A DNA stretch of 64,000 bases, taken from contig QPMI01000184.1 of assembly GCA_004431415.1 (NCBI GenBank), positions 62,001 to 126,000 on the forward strand, written 5' to 3'. Position 1 is the first letter of the stretch. Each line of letters starts with the position of its first letter. The stretch comes from Cyanophora paradoxa CCMP329. Its lineage: Eukaryota > Plantae > Glaucophyta. Under the pieces are notes generated by a model. It was not told the DNA's origin, did not search any database, and saw only the letters and a program-made list of their open reading frames with translations. This document shows positions 41,201-54,018 of this stretch, one piece after another. Position numbers and translations under genes: made by a program.

Positions 41201-44200
41201 GCGGCGCCGGGGGCGGGGCGGGAGCTCTCGGCGGGGGCCACGGGGGCGCGCCCCCGAAGAGGCCGCGGAGGCGGGCGAGGATGGAGGGGCGGCGCGGGGC
41301 CGGGGCGGCGGGGGGCGCGTGGGCGGCGATGAGGGACATGCGGCGGCCGGAGGCGGAGGCGGGGGGCGGGGAGCCGGCCGACGAGCGCCTGCTGCTCGTC
41401 CCGCCCCCGAGGGCGGCCGCCTGCAGCTCCTGGGAGCGGGAGCGGTGGCGGGGCCGGTAGTCGGCGTTGGCGCTGGCGGCGGAGACCTGCAGGAGCACCG
41501 TGCCCCCGGGCCTCGAGAACTTCACCGCGTTCGAGAGCAACTGCGCGACGGGGCGGGGCGGGGGGAGCGGGGGCCGGCTCGGCGGGGGCGGGCGGGGCGG
41601 AGGGGACGTGCAGGGGGCCGGGGCCGCACGTTGAGGAGGACCTGGCGGAGGCGGACGACGTCGCCGCGCACCCGCGCCGGCACCCCGGGCGCCACCCGCG
41701 TCACCACCTCCACCCCTGCCCCGCCGCAGCCCCTCGGCCCCCGCCCCCCAGCGCGGGGCGGCCCCGGGCGGCGGACCGCTCTCGTTGGCGCCCATGACGA
41801 CGACGTCGGCCGAGTCCTCGACGCACTGCGGGGCGCGCGGGGCGGCGCGGCGTCGGGGGCGCCTGGGCAGGGGGGCCGGGGACCGGGGCGGGAGGGCGGG
41901 ACCTGGCGGAGGTCGAAGTCCTCGTCGGCGAGGACCATCTTCCCCGACTTGATCTTCTCCCCTGCGCCCCCGCCTCGCCACGGCCGCGCGCGGGGCGGGG
42001 CGGGGGCGGAGGGAGGCGCGCACAGTCGAGGATGTCGCTGATGACGTCCACGAGGGCCCCCGAGGCCTTGCTGATCAGGTCCGAGAGCCTGCGGCGCGTG
42101 CCCCCGCCACGCTCGCCCCGGCCCCGCCTCGGCGCGGGGGCAGGGCGAGGGGCCCGCACTCGAGCTGGTCGGGGGAGAGCCCCGTGTCCCGCAGCAGCGC
42201 CGCGCAGCCGACGATCCCCTGCGGGGCGGGGCGCCGCGTCGGGGGGCGGCGGGGGCGGGGGCCGGGGACGGGGCACGCACGTTTAGCCTGCACGGCACGA
42301 GGAGCACGCGGAGCGGGCGGGGCGGGTCGGGTCGGAGACGCGAGACGCTCGCGAGCGGGGGCGGGGGCGGGGCCGGGGGCGCACGGGGTGCGGATCTCGT
42401 GGCTCATGTTGCGGATGAAGTTGTTGCGCATGCGGATGTTGTTGCGGGCCTCCTGGTAGTGCGCCGCCAGGCCCCGCACGATGTACTCTGCCCCCGCCCG
42501 CCCCGTCAGGCCGCCCCGCTCGAAGAACGGCAGCGGGCGGCGGGCGGGCGGGCGGGCGGCACCGTAAAAAATCCCTTCAATCTCCGTCAGCTCCGTCAGC
42601 TTCACGCGCAGCAGCTCGCCGAGCTTGTCCCGCACCGCGCGCAGCAGCCGCCGCAACCGGCCCGGCGCCGCGGCCCCCGGGGGCTCCAGCGGGGGGGCCC
42701 GCGAGTCGGAGCGGGCGCGGAGGGCGCCGGGGAGGTCGCCGGCGGCGGAGGCGGAGCGGGAGCGGACGGTAGTGGTGCCGCCCTCGACGGCCCCGATGCC
42801 GCCGACGGCGCTCAGGCCCTCCATGCGGGACGAGAGGCTGCGCAGGGGGCGGGCCACGAGGTGCGCCGCCCCCGCCGCCACCACCGCCCCCAGCACCTGC
42901 CCACCCATCAGCCACCTCCAACGGCGGGCCGGTGGAGCTCACCGACGCTGCGACGGCGACGACGGCCGTCCCGATGAACGCCGTGCCGGCGCGGGGCAGG
43001 TACGAGTTCTGCGCGGGGCGGAGCGGGCTCGGACGGGGGCGCGGCGGGCGGGGAAACGGGTGCGGACGCGGCTGATGGCGGTGCAGACGAGCCAGGCGGG
43101 GCTGTCGCCCGCGCCGCCGGCGACGTCGAGGGCCTGGTAGAGGTAGCCCTGCCCGACGACGCCCCGGTCCGCGAGGGAGGCCGTCGCGGGGACGGCCGCC
43201 AGCGAGCCGAAGGCGGCCACGAAGCGCTCGGCGGTGAGGCGGACGACGGGGTCCACCTCGCCGTCCGTCGGGGCGAGGCGGCGCCGGCGCGCGACGTCCA
43301 CTGCCGGCCCCCGGCTCGCGGCGATGAGGAGGCCCGAGGCGCGCTCCATGATAAAGCTCGTCGCCTCCAGGTGCCCGATCGGGAGCTGCGCCACCGTCCG
43401 TGCCCGCCCGCACACCCCGGCCCCCGGCGCCCCGCACCGATTGCAGCATGGCCGTCAGCTCCGGCAGCTGGAAGTTGCTGATAGCGAACTGCGGCGCGGG
43501 GTCGGGGGGCGGGACGCAGACGCGGGCCGGGGCTTGTACCCCGACGTTCCGCCCGGCGGTGTCACGCAGGATGCGACAGACGCCTAGCGACAAGGAAGTG
43601 GACAGGACGCCCTCCGTCAAGTCTGCGCGCGGGGCCGAAGTGAGCGCGGGTCGCCGGGCGCGCGAACAGGCGCTCACACGCTGGGCTCCACACAATCTTT
43701 CCGGCGGCTATGCTGGGGTCCGTGCAGCCGCTCCAGAAGGGGCGAGTCCGCGGGTCGACCTCGTACGACACAAAAGGCTCCCCTGCGCGTCGGCGAGCCG
43801 CTCGAGTCGGGTGGAGGGCTGGCGGGGCGGCGGCAGGGGCAGCACCAACGGGCGATCCGTCGCTCCCCACGTTGTACCTGTGGGCGGGAGGGGAAGCGGG
43901 TCGGCCCGTGGAGGGATTCGATGCCAGGCACGGAACGCACAGCGAGAGGATGGAAGAGGCCGGGCCGGGCTTGACCGCGAACGACCTGTGGCGGCGCTCG
44001 GGCTGCGGAGGGGCGCACGCGGGGCGACTGCGGGCACACCACTCGGAGGCGGCGCCGGGGATGCTGGATAGATAGCCCACATAGCGCCCGTCCGCGAAGC
44101 CGATGCCAAAGCCCGACAGGGACCGCGACTCGACGATATCCGTGTGGCCCTGCAGGCAGTCCCGCAGCAGGCGCCAGGCGGAGGCCTTCAGGTCGCTCCC

Positions 44201-44637
44201 GTTGACGTGGTGGCTCTCCAGCGCCAGCAGCCCGTTCATGACCCGAGCGCCCCGCACGACGCGCTCACTGATGGCCGCGCCCACCCGAGACACGAGTTGC
44301 TGGCGTTAGCCCGCATTAGCCAGTTGCAAAAGACGGCATCATGGCCGTGGCAGGCCAAAGCATGACGGCCGGGCGGCCGGAACGATCAGGCGGGCGGGCA
44401 TGGGAGGGCGGGGGCGCGAGATGCTATGTCCATGGGAGGAAACCCCCTCACCTCCTGCTCTATCGCGAGAATGTCATCAAGCATTGAGCTGGACAGAAGC
44501 ATGGCGGCGAGCCAGACAACCGCCGTCTGAAAAAGACGCGTTAGCTGGCTGTGCGCGATTGCGGCTGCAGCTGGCGAGCGCACTGAGAAAAGCACGAGCC
44601 CGACGAAGGGCAGCGTGAGCGCCCAAACCAGCTTCAT
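38215..44637 (-). CDS. Hybrid sensor histidine kinase (TM - extracellular Cache-like sensor - TM - HAMP-like - HisKA - HATPase - receiver), multi-exon
   Basis: N-terminal TM; H-box FIRNMSHEIRTP; GDVVRLRQVLLNLLSNAVKF; ISDEGIGI..FQPFVQ..RKYGGTGLGLALS; receiver VLCAEDN..HLVLMDVQMPVMDG..PIVAVSAN..GMQDFCSKPV. Confidence 0.9.
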
Positions 44638-44934
44638 CGCTACAATGCGGCCGGGGCTGCACTGCCACAAAAACTGCGACGGAACCGATGCTTGGGCCGC
44701 ATTAACTGCCTGGCCTGGCCCGTTAACTGCGTCCTAACATCCGCTCCGGCGGCTGGATGCGGATTGGTGCCGCCCGCTGACGGGCGTTGAGTTGCCCTGG
44801 CCGTAAGCTCGACAGCTTGTTGTTGAGCGTACGTAATGTGTGCCGATCAGATGCTGCTTCTGAGACTTCAAGACCTGTACATGTTGGGCCCGAAATTTGG
44901 GAGAGGGAGGGGGGTACAGTGGCTGACATGCGAC

Positions 44935-45215
44935 AGCATGCGCGCGCGCTATAGCTAGCGCTTTAGCTTCAGCTATCATAGTATAGCGCTGCATATGCAT
45001 ATGCATGCGCGCGCATAGCAGTTGCTATGCATGCGCATAGCAGTTGCAACTGCATGCGCGTGCGCATGCGGCCGCGAATTCTATCCTGCTGGCCTGCTAT
45101 AGCTATAGCTAGCTGGCTGCAGCGCAGTACTACGGTAGTGCGCGCCGGCGGATCAAATTAAAGAAGCGCTAGCCGGGGCGCCCGGATCCGGATCCGGAGC
45201 GCTAGCCGCGCCACT
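44935..45215. repeat. Low-complexity tract of overlapping short palindromes
   Basis: gcatatgcatatgcatgcgcgcgcat, ctatagctatagctagct, ccggatccggatccgg. Confidence 0.7.
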
Positions 45216-45541
45216 AGTTCATGATCAAAATCTCACCCGGTGCCGCGGCCGGTGACCGCGCACTACGTATACGTGTTATTCAGTTTACGATATAGTGTGT
45301 GGAAGTACAAGTTTACTACTACTGCATGCGCTATACAGAAAACGCAAATGCGCATATGGAGGGAAATGTAAACGCGAAGATCTAGACAAAGATTGATTCA
45401 TTCGGGAAAAGGCTACGCGCACGTGTACTGGCCCAGTGGGCCCGCGGCCGGCGGGGCCCAGATCTAGCTCTACGGGCTTGCTGTGGCCCCGCGCAGCCGT
45501 TATCTAGACAGGCCAGGTAGACTTCGGTCTCGGAGTCGGCG

Positions 45542-46449
45542 TCACGCGAGGGCGGGGAAGTTCGACTCGAGGAAGGCCTTCAGCTTCGCCTTCTGGAGGG
45601 CCCCCTCGTGGTGCGCCACCTGTCCCCCGGTGCCGATCAAATCTTCGCCTGCCGTCTGGCGGCGATGCCGAGGGCAGTGCGCGCGCACCTGCTCGCCGTC
45701 CTGGAAGAGCACGAGCGCCGGCAGGCCCTGAACCTTGCACTGCTTCGCTGCGGGCGACCGCGTGGGGTGGCTCAGCTGCAGGGCCGGCGTCCGGCGGCGC
45801 GGTGGCCACGGGCGAAAGGAAGCGGGGCGGGGCAAGGCGCACTGGAGACCGGGTTGTTGTCCGCCTCGACCTTCAGGACGACAAGCTTTCCGCCGTACTC
45901 GGACTCGGCCCACTCGACCAGCGGCGCCATCAACCTGGCTCGCAGGTCAGCCGAACTCGCTGAGTGCGTAGGGAGGGCAGTCGGGCGATGGATGCCTGCA
46001 TGGGCCTGCGCCAGGGGTCTGACTCGTGAGTGGAAAGCGAGCGGGAAGACGCGAGCGGGAACCCCTCACCGCAGGAGCTGCGGTAAAAATCGACGAGGAC
46101 GGGCCCCGGAGCCTTCAGGACGGCATCATCGAACTCGGCGTCGTGCAGCTCGCGAACCGCTGAAACTGCGCAGCCGCGCCGTCACCCGTCATCGGGCGTG
46201 GCCGAGTACTGCCGTACCGGTCGGGACGTCAAGCCGACGGAAGTTGACGCTTCTGACGACGTCGAGACGCAAGCGGCTGCCCACTGGACGTGAGCCAGCG
46301 ACGAAGGTGCGTGATTCCGCGGTCGCCTGACGCGAACGAGAAGCGATCGTGGCCCCGCCGCGACTTGTGCAGGCAACAGACGAAATCCGCAGCGGCGTAC
46401 GCCGGGCCGGTACGGACGCGACCGGAGAAACGAAGCTAGCTGCCTGCAT
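45542..46449 (-). CDS. Plastid thioredoxin (x-type-like) with SCGPC active site
   Basis: MQAASFVSP transit peptide; PVLVDFYRSSCG|PCR|LMAPLVEWAESEYGGKLVVLKVEADNNP...VQGLPALVLFQDG...HEGAL. Confidence 0.82.
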
Positions 46450-46743
46450 CGCGTGCTCGCTTTGCAAATGTGTCGTGGGAGGCCGCCTTCAAGCAATTCG
46501 GTCCTTCGCGCGTACCCCCCATCTCAGGCGTTTCTAGCCGGTGGTGCAAACTAGACTGACATTCGTGTACCCGCCTGGCCTGAGGCGCCAGACGCGCCGC
46601 GGCGCAACGCTCGGTCGACGTCGGCGTACGCGTACGCGTGCAGTTGTTTTCATGACCACTTGACGGCTGCACTGCATCACTTGACGACTCCGCGATGACA
46701 AAGGGCGAGAAGGAGGGAGGGCAACTAGCTTGAGCGCAGGTGG

Positions 46744-49700
46744 CTACCGCCGCTTGTAGCGCTTCTTGGACTTGAAGGCGCCGCCCTTCCCGCGGGCGCC
46801 CCCGCCGCCCCGCATCTCGCTGTCGAAGAGGCCTCCGCCCTTTTTGCCGCCGCCGCTGCTCGCCCGCTCGCCGCCGCCTCCTCCCTTGGAGCCGCGCTTG
46901 GCCTTCTTCCCCTTGCGCTCGGGCGGCAGCTCGCCCATGCGCCGCAGCCTGTCCGTCTTCTTCGCCGACTTGATCGCGTGCGCCGTCTCCCCCTTGGGCG
47001 CTGCGCCGGCCCCGCCCCGCTCCGTCAACGTCGCGCACGGACCCGCCGGCGTGGAAGCTGGGAAGCCTCGCGGGCGCGCACCGCCGCCGCCGCCCTTCTT
47101 CATCTCCTCCTCGAGGGCCATCCGTCGCCGCTTCTTGCGCGGCAGCCCGTCCGTCTTTGAGCGTTTCGGCTGCGACGGGGGGGAGGGCGGGGGCGTTAGG
47201 CGGGGGCGTCAGGCGGGGGCGTCAGGCGGGGGAGTCGAAAGGAGTTCGCCCGGACTCGAGCCCGGACCTTCTTCTCCTCGGGCCCCTTCTTCTCCTTCTT
47301 GTCCTTCTTCCCCTTCTTCCCCTTCTTGGCGCCCTCGCCCCCGCCCTCCCCCTCGTCCTCCGTCCCGCTCGGCCCTGCCGCCCGATCGCGAGTAAGATCG
47401 AGAAGCCCCGAAGGGGATACGGGGTCCGCGGGGACACGAACCGGCGTCGTCGTCCTCGGCGCCCTCGCCGAACATGGCCGCCTTGCCCGCCTCCTTGGCC
47501 GCCAACTTGGCGCTGCGGGAGCGCGAGGGTGAGCCGCGGGGCGCGAAGGCTCTCGTCTCGGGGCGAGGAGGCGCACGCAGGGGACTGGAACCAGGTCTTG
47601 GCGGGGCGTGCGGCGATCTCCTCCGCGTGCTCCACCAGGTTCTTCGCCTTGTTCGCCTCCATCTCCGCCTTGCGCAGCTGCGCGGCGCGAGGCTCGAGGG
47701 CGGGGCACGCGGGGCGGGGCGCGGTGGGCGGGGCGCACGAGCTTCTCCTCGAACTCGAGGCGGAGGATGTCGCGGACGTCCCCCTCGAAGCCCTCGATCC
47801 GCCCCCGCCACTCGTCCACCGGGCCCTGCCCCCTCGCCCCTCTCACACGCCCCGCGGACGCAGCAGCGACGGAGAGGGGGCCGCACCCGGGCGACGGTGC
47901 GGGCCTTGACGCGCTCCCGCGTCGTGTTCTCCATGATGTCCTGCGCCCGGCGTGAGAGGAGAGGGGGAGGCAAACGAGCGAGGTGGAGGGGCCGGCCTTG
48001 AGGAGGCGGCGGTGGCCGTCGCCGACGAGCGAGCAGGAGCGGCCGCGCGTCCCCGCGCGCGCCGTGCGCCCCACTCGGTGGATGTACTGCGTCAGCGTCC
48101 GCGGCATGTCGTAGTTGATCACCTGCGCCACGCACCCCCGCCTCAGGGGCCCGCCCGGCGAGGGGTGGGCAGGGCGCACGGTCTCGACGCCGAGGATGTC
48201 GAGGCCGCGGGCGGCGAGGTCCGTGGCGATCAGGAAGTCCGCCTTCCCGTCCCGGAACGTCTCCAGCGCGTCTGCGCGGGGGGGCGGCCGGTCAGCAAGG
48301 GCGCGGGGGCGGGTCGGGGGGGCGGGGGCGCGGGGCGGGGCGGGCCGAGGCGCTGGAGCTGGGTGAGGTTCCCGTGCAGCTCGGCCGCCTTCAGGCCCGC
48401 CAGCCCGAACAGGATCTGCCCGCCCCCCGGCGCATCAAGGCCCACGACCCCCCGCAGGGGGCCGCGGCAGGCAGGAGCGGAGCACCTTCAGGCGGTGCGC
48501 CTGCTTCTTCGCCTTGCAGAAGACGATCGTCTTGCTCGTGTACGTCCGCGCCACCAGCGCTGCGCCGCCGGCGGCTCGGCGGGCGACGGGCGGGGGGAGG
48601 GGCACGCCCCGCGGGGCGCACCGAGGAGGATGGCCTCGCGGTCGCCCTCCTTGCTCTTCCGCACGCGCACGAACTCCTGCGCGGCGCGCCCCGTCAGCTT
48701 CGACGCGGGGCGGGGCGGTGGGCGGGGCCGGCGGGGCGGGGCGCTCGCCTGGGAGAGGGTACGGGCGACGTTGGCGGCGGGGTCGACGGCGATGCGGACC
48801 GGCTGGTTCAGCGAGAGGCGGATCAGCTGCCCCACCTGGCCCGCCCCCGGCGTCAGTGGCGCCGGCGCGAGGCGCGGGACCGGCGAGGGGCGCCCGGACG
48901 CGCCTCCTCGGTCATGGTGGCGGAGAAGAGGAGGGTCTGGCGGCCCTTGGGGCAGCTCTGCACCACCTGCGGCCCCGCCTGAGGGTCCCGCGCGGGCCGC
49001 GGAGAGGCGGGGGCGCGCGCCTCCTCGACCTCCTCGGTGAAGCCCATCTCGAGGAGCCGGTCCGCCTCGTCCAGCACCAGGATCTCCTGCCCGGGGCTCA
49101 GAGCCGGCCCGCCCGGGAGGGGGCCGGTCGAGAGGCGGACCACGTCGTCGAGGTCGACGGAGCGGGCGTTGCGGAGGTGGTCGATCATGCGCCCCGGCGT
49201 CGCCACGACCTGCGGGGGGCGTCAGGGGCCTTCGGAGGGGCGGAGGGGGCCGAGGGGCGCGCGATGTCGGGGCGGGCGCGCAGGTTGGCCTCCTGGACCT
49301 TGTTCGAGAGGCCGCCCACCACCAGGCACGCACGGATGTCTGCGGCGCCGTCAGAGGGAGACCGGGGAGCGAGGCGAGGCGAGGGGGAGGGGAGGGGGGC
49401 GGGCGCGCCGGTGAAGGCGCAGAAGCGCTCGAAGACGGAGAGGCACTGGGCGGCGAGCTCGCGGGTCGGGAGGAGCACGAGCACGCGCGTCGCCGCCACG
49501 CGCTTGGGCCGGTGCAGCAGCCGCTCCACGATCGGCACCACGAACGCCGCTGCGGACGAGGCCGGTGGTCGGCTGCCGGCGAGCTGGCGCCGAGCGGGGC
49601 GCGCCGAGGCGGACCGGTCTTGCCGGAGCCCGTCACGGCGCTGCCGCAGATGTCGCGCCCCTGCAGCGCCACCGGGATCGTCCGCGCCTGCACGAGGGGG

Positions 49701-51168
49701 CACGCAGCGGCGATCAGAGGCCGGCGGCGGCGCCGCCGGGGGAGCGGCCGGGCGGCGCCCCGGGCACCTGGATGGGCGTCGGCTTGCTGTACCCCTGCTT
49801 CTCGATGGCCTTCAGGACCGGCCGGGAGAGGTGCATCTCGCTGAACGACTGCGGAGGGGGAACGTCGTCAATCGCGGGTGGGGCGGCGCGGGAGGGGGGA
49901 AGAGCGCACGACGGGGACGCCCTCCTCCTGCTCGGGCTCCGGGGCGAAGAAGCCGCTCGCCTGGCGCTGCGGGGGTGGCGGCCCCGTCGGGCCGGGCGCA
50001 GGGAGCGAGCGCCGGGAAGCAGACGAAGGGGCACCCTGGCGTCCTCTTTGCGGAGCTGGGCCTTGGTGCGGCGCATGTCGCCCAGCTCGTCGGCGTGGGG
50101 GCCCTCCCCCGCCCCCTCCGCCCCCGACGACTCATCGCCCTCCCCGTCGCTCTCCTCCTCCTCCTCGCCGCCCTCCTCGCCGCCCTCGTCCTCCTCTCCC
50201 GCCGAGGCGATGCCCGTCACCAGGTCTTCCTCTTCCCCACCCTCGCCTCCATCCCCCGAATCTGAATCGCTCTCCGAATTGTCGTCCCCTTCGCTCTCTC
50301 CTTCCGACCCGCCCCGCTTCCGCTTCTGGTGGGCGATTAGCGCCAGGCGAGTGCGAGCGACTATGCATACTGTGATTTGCGAATCACCTTTGCTTCAGCT
50401 TTGGCGGCGGGGGCCTGCGTGCGGGTGATTCCCAGGCCAATGCCGTGCGGGAGCTGGGGCCGGGGGTCGGAGTGCGGGCGACGAACCGCGGCCTTGGAGG
50501 TCAGCCGCTCGCGGATCTTGTCGTCGATGGAAGTCACGACCTGCGCACGCGCGCGAGCGTTCAACGGCCGGCGCTGGCGCCGGAGCGGTGCGCGCGCGCG
50601 CGCGCGGGGCCGGGGCTCGCTCGCCTTGCTCTCGATCGCCCCGCGGCGGGCGGACGAGAACTCCCACGGCTTCACGGGGTCCTCCTTGAAGTTGAAGTCG
50701 AACCCCGCGTCCATCTCCTCGTCGCCGCCGTCCTGCGCCTTCCGCTTGCCCTTGCCGGCCGCCGCGCCGCCCTCCTTGCCCTTGGACTTCCGCTTCTCCT
50801 TCTTCCCGGCCGGCTGCGAGCGGTCCGGTCGGCGAGCGCGCGTGCGATCGAGTCTCGCAATCGCCTCGGCGACTCGCGCCGCGATCGCATTGCAGCCCTG
50901 CACCGCTCGCGTACGCGAAGCTGCGACACCGCCGGCTGGGGCGGGGTCGCGCGCGCGCCGGCCTTTACTCTTCCCGCTATAGCTAAGCCCCGCCGCAGCT
51001 CGAGCGGCTCTCCGCCGCCCCTGCAGCGTGCGTGCGCACCACGAGCTCGAGAGCGGGATCGTCATCGGAAAGCTCCTCGGCGGGCACGTCCTCCTCGTCG
51101 CCGATCGTCAAAATGAAGTCGTCCGCCGGCGCAGCCTTGCCGCCGCCCTTGGCCTTCTTCCCGACCAT
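46744..51168 (-). CDS. DDX27: DEAD-box RNA helicase DDX27/Drs1, multi-exon
   Basis: [100 protein letters not shown]-terminal [10 protein letters not shown]. Confidence 0.93.
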
Positions 51169-51244
51169 CTTTGCGTTGCAACTTGAACGCAGCACCGTAC
51201 CCGTTTCACTCTTCCACCGTTCCACACTCCCGTTCGCAATATTA

Positions 51245-52109
51245 ATGTCGAACACCTCCCGCTCGCTGGATGGCCCCCGACGCGAGGCCGCCGTCATGGA
51301 AGGAGCACGCGTGCGTCCTTGTTCGCCCAGCGCACGCTCTCAGCGCTTTTTCGAATTGCCCGCCCTCACAGGCGGAGGAGCATGAGCGGCGCGCAGCAGA
51401 GCTCAAGGCGCGCCGCGATGAGCTTTTCCTGGGTGCGCGGTCGCGGAGCGATCGCCGAGGCGCGCGCGTGTCCTGATCTCTCGCGTGCAGCGGATCACGA
51501 GGGCAACGCCGACGAGATTCGCAAGGTACTATTGATGCGCCATGATGATGCATGCGCGCGCTAGCCCTCCCCTTTACCCTGCGCGCTCTCGCGCCGGCGC
51601 CCGGCCGCGGGCGCTTTTATGCACGTTTCCTGCTCTGCAGCTGGATGCGGAGCGGCTGGAGGAAGTGCAGTCCGCCGCGCGCGAACGTCAGGCCGAGCTC
51701 CGCAATCTCTCTGTGAATGTGCCTTCGCGCGAGGTGCGCCTGCGTTTCACTCTCTGCTTTCAGATCTAGACTTATAATTACGTACTTTCCCGGCCCCCCA
51801 AAAGCCCGTCACGATCGCCCACGGAGTGGCCGAGGCGGAGTCGGACAAACACAAGGGTCACGCCTTCCAGGTCCTACGATGCCTCGGAGGCGTCGGTCGT
51901 CCCACGCATTCGCCGCTCACCTTTCCTGTCGCGTAGCACGGCGAACACAGCTCCGCCCACGCCTACCGTGCGCTCTATTTCGAATGCTAGCGCCGATCCC
52001 TGTCGCCACGGCAGACCTTCGCCAGACCACTCACCCTTCGCCAGACCACCACGGCAAGCCGCACCCCGGCGCCAGCAAGTCGGGCCACTCCAACGCCAGC
52101 CTCGGCTGA
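51245..52109 (+). CDS. Small multi-exon hypothetical protein (helical N-terminal half)
   Basis: Exon-like segments with typical splice signals (EEHERRAAELKARRDELFL, LDAERLEEVQSAARERQAELRNL); no family recognised; boundaries uncertain. Confidence 0.4.
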
Positions 52110-52283
52110 GCCGCTCACTGCCCGCTTGTGCCGGCAGAAGTTTGTAAATACGAATCAATTCTAGATGGAAAATGCAAAAGCGCTATGCGAAGTGAGGAAG
52201 GCTAGGAAGGGGCGGGGGCGGCCTGGCATGGAAGGAGCAAGGAAGGGGCGCCAGATATGCATCAAGAGGGAGGGGGCGGCAGC

Positions 52284-53286
52284 TCAGCTGGAGCTGGACA
52301 CGGAGGGGGCGCCAGCCTCCGCGCCAGCAGGGGCAGCGGCGCCAGCCCCGGGCGCGGCTGGTGGGGGCCCGAAGTATATGTTATTGAGGAGGGAGCAGTG
52401 CCTGTCAAACTCCTCATCGATCGCCTCCTTCGCCTTCTGCGCCGCCTGCGCCACGCCCGCCCGCCTCGCTTCCCTCTTCCATTCTCGAACGCGGCACGGG
52501 GCGCGGGCGAACCTGCAGGATGCCGTCGGTCTCTTGCTGCGTCAAGAACTGGTCGTCCACCCCCTGCGCCAGGAGGCGTAAAAGACCCCGCGCGCTCTGC
52601 GGCGGGCAAGCTCGCAACACGCACCCCCCAACCGAACGCAGAGCCTGGCTGTCCAGCAACTCGGCTTCGGAGCGTGCCTTTGGACGGCGGTGCGGCGGTG
52701 CGCTACGCAGACGCGTCAGCGCCGAGGGAGCGCCGCAGCGCGCATGGAACGCGCCTCCTTCTCGCCTAAGAGCGCGGAGATGCTTCCTGTCAACTCTCGG
52801 CCTGCCGCGGCGATACGAGACGTCGGCAGAAGAACACGAATCGTTCGCTGGAGTACGCGCACTCGCTGCGGCAATCGATGTAAGGAGTTCTTTGGAAGCC
52901 GTATCCGCCTCGGCGCTGACTTCGGGCGTTTGCCGCGTGGCCGTGTGAGCAAGTTTCTTCTCGATTTTCTGCGCATCAAGTAAGCGCTCGCTGCGACGCT
53001 AATGACCGCGCAGGCGCGGCTTGCCTCGAAGTCGCGGGCGAAGGTTTTCAGCAGCGGCGGCAGCTGCTTGGCGTGCCCGAACAGGCAGCTATACACGTCG
53101 GTGAACCCTGCGCAGCGTGAATGGCCAGCGCAGGCGCGTTCAGGCCGTCGGGGCGGCACCTTTTGCGATCCCATCGGTGTTGAGCTGAATGGGCTCGTCC
53201 TGGCTGGTGCCGCGCGGAGCGCCAACGGAGCGCAGGACGTCGCTCGCCTCGCCAAGCAGCTGCTGTGCCGCCTCCGCGACCGACAT
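52284..53286 (-). CDS. BLOC-1 subunit 5 (Muted)-like protein, multi-exon
   Basis: TDVYSCLFGHAKQLPPLLKTFARDFE and AKEAIDEEFDRHCSLLNNIY resemble the conserved N- and C-terminal Muted blocks (from recall, not searched). Confidence 0.55.
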
Positions 53287-54018
53287 TACAAGCTCTGGCA
53301 AGCTGGGCCGGGGGGGTAGCCTAACAGTCACCGAGTGGCTTGTATGCGCCTGCAGCTGGCCGGCTTCGATCCGCCGCCGCCGGGCCGGCGCGGCGCCGGT
53401 GCCGGCTCATGATCAGCAGCATGCCAAGTTGGTCACGACATGCTGCGCATGCGCCGGCGTGGCCTCGCGATGCCGGCATGCTCCGCACTGCAGCTGCGGC
53501 ATACATATGCATATGCGCGCCCCGCGCCGGCGGCGGGCCGCCTCGGGCGACGGCGCGGCGCAGTGCATTAATATTCGAATTCGATAGAAACTTACTTGAG
53601 TAGTCTGCGAGGGGGCATGCGCGCGCGCATGCTCCGCAAGGGATCGCTTGCAGTGCCACGCCGTGACGGTGCAATTGTTCGATCGCGATCAAGATACTAG
53701 ATCTAGAATGCGATAATTTAGCCTCGGAGCGTGCTACCGTATCCCACAGGACCGTCGGACTGTATTATACCATGCCATGATGGCCACCGGACGGTACTAG
53801 TGAAGGCACAAGCAATGAAAGCACAACTAGGATGAAGAAAACGGTCAAACACATGATTACGATAGATCTAGATCTACATCTTGTAGCATCTGTTAGGAAT
53901 TCGAAAGATTTTTTATGAGCAATTGCAAGCACGTTACATATGGATGCAGCTAGCGCTGAGTTCTAGTAAGTAGATTAGGACGCAACAGGTCCCGGATTCA
54001 GCCGAAGAGCACGAGGGT

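Noticed and set aside
48514-50265. Long R/P/G/A-rich ORFs such as this 583-aa plus-strand frame (many similar in the track)
   Set aside because: Antisense or off-frame shadows of real spliced genes in very GC-rich DNA where stops are rare.
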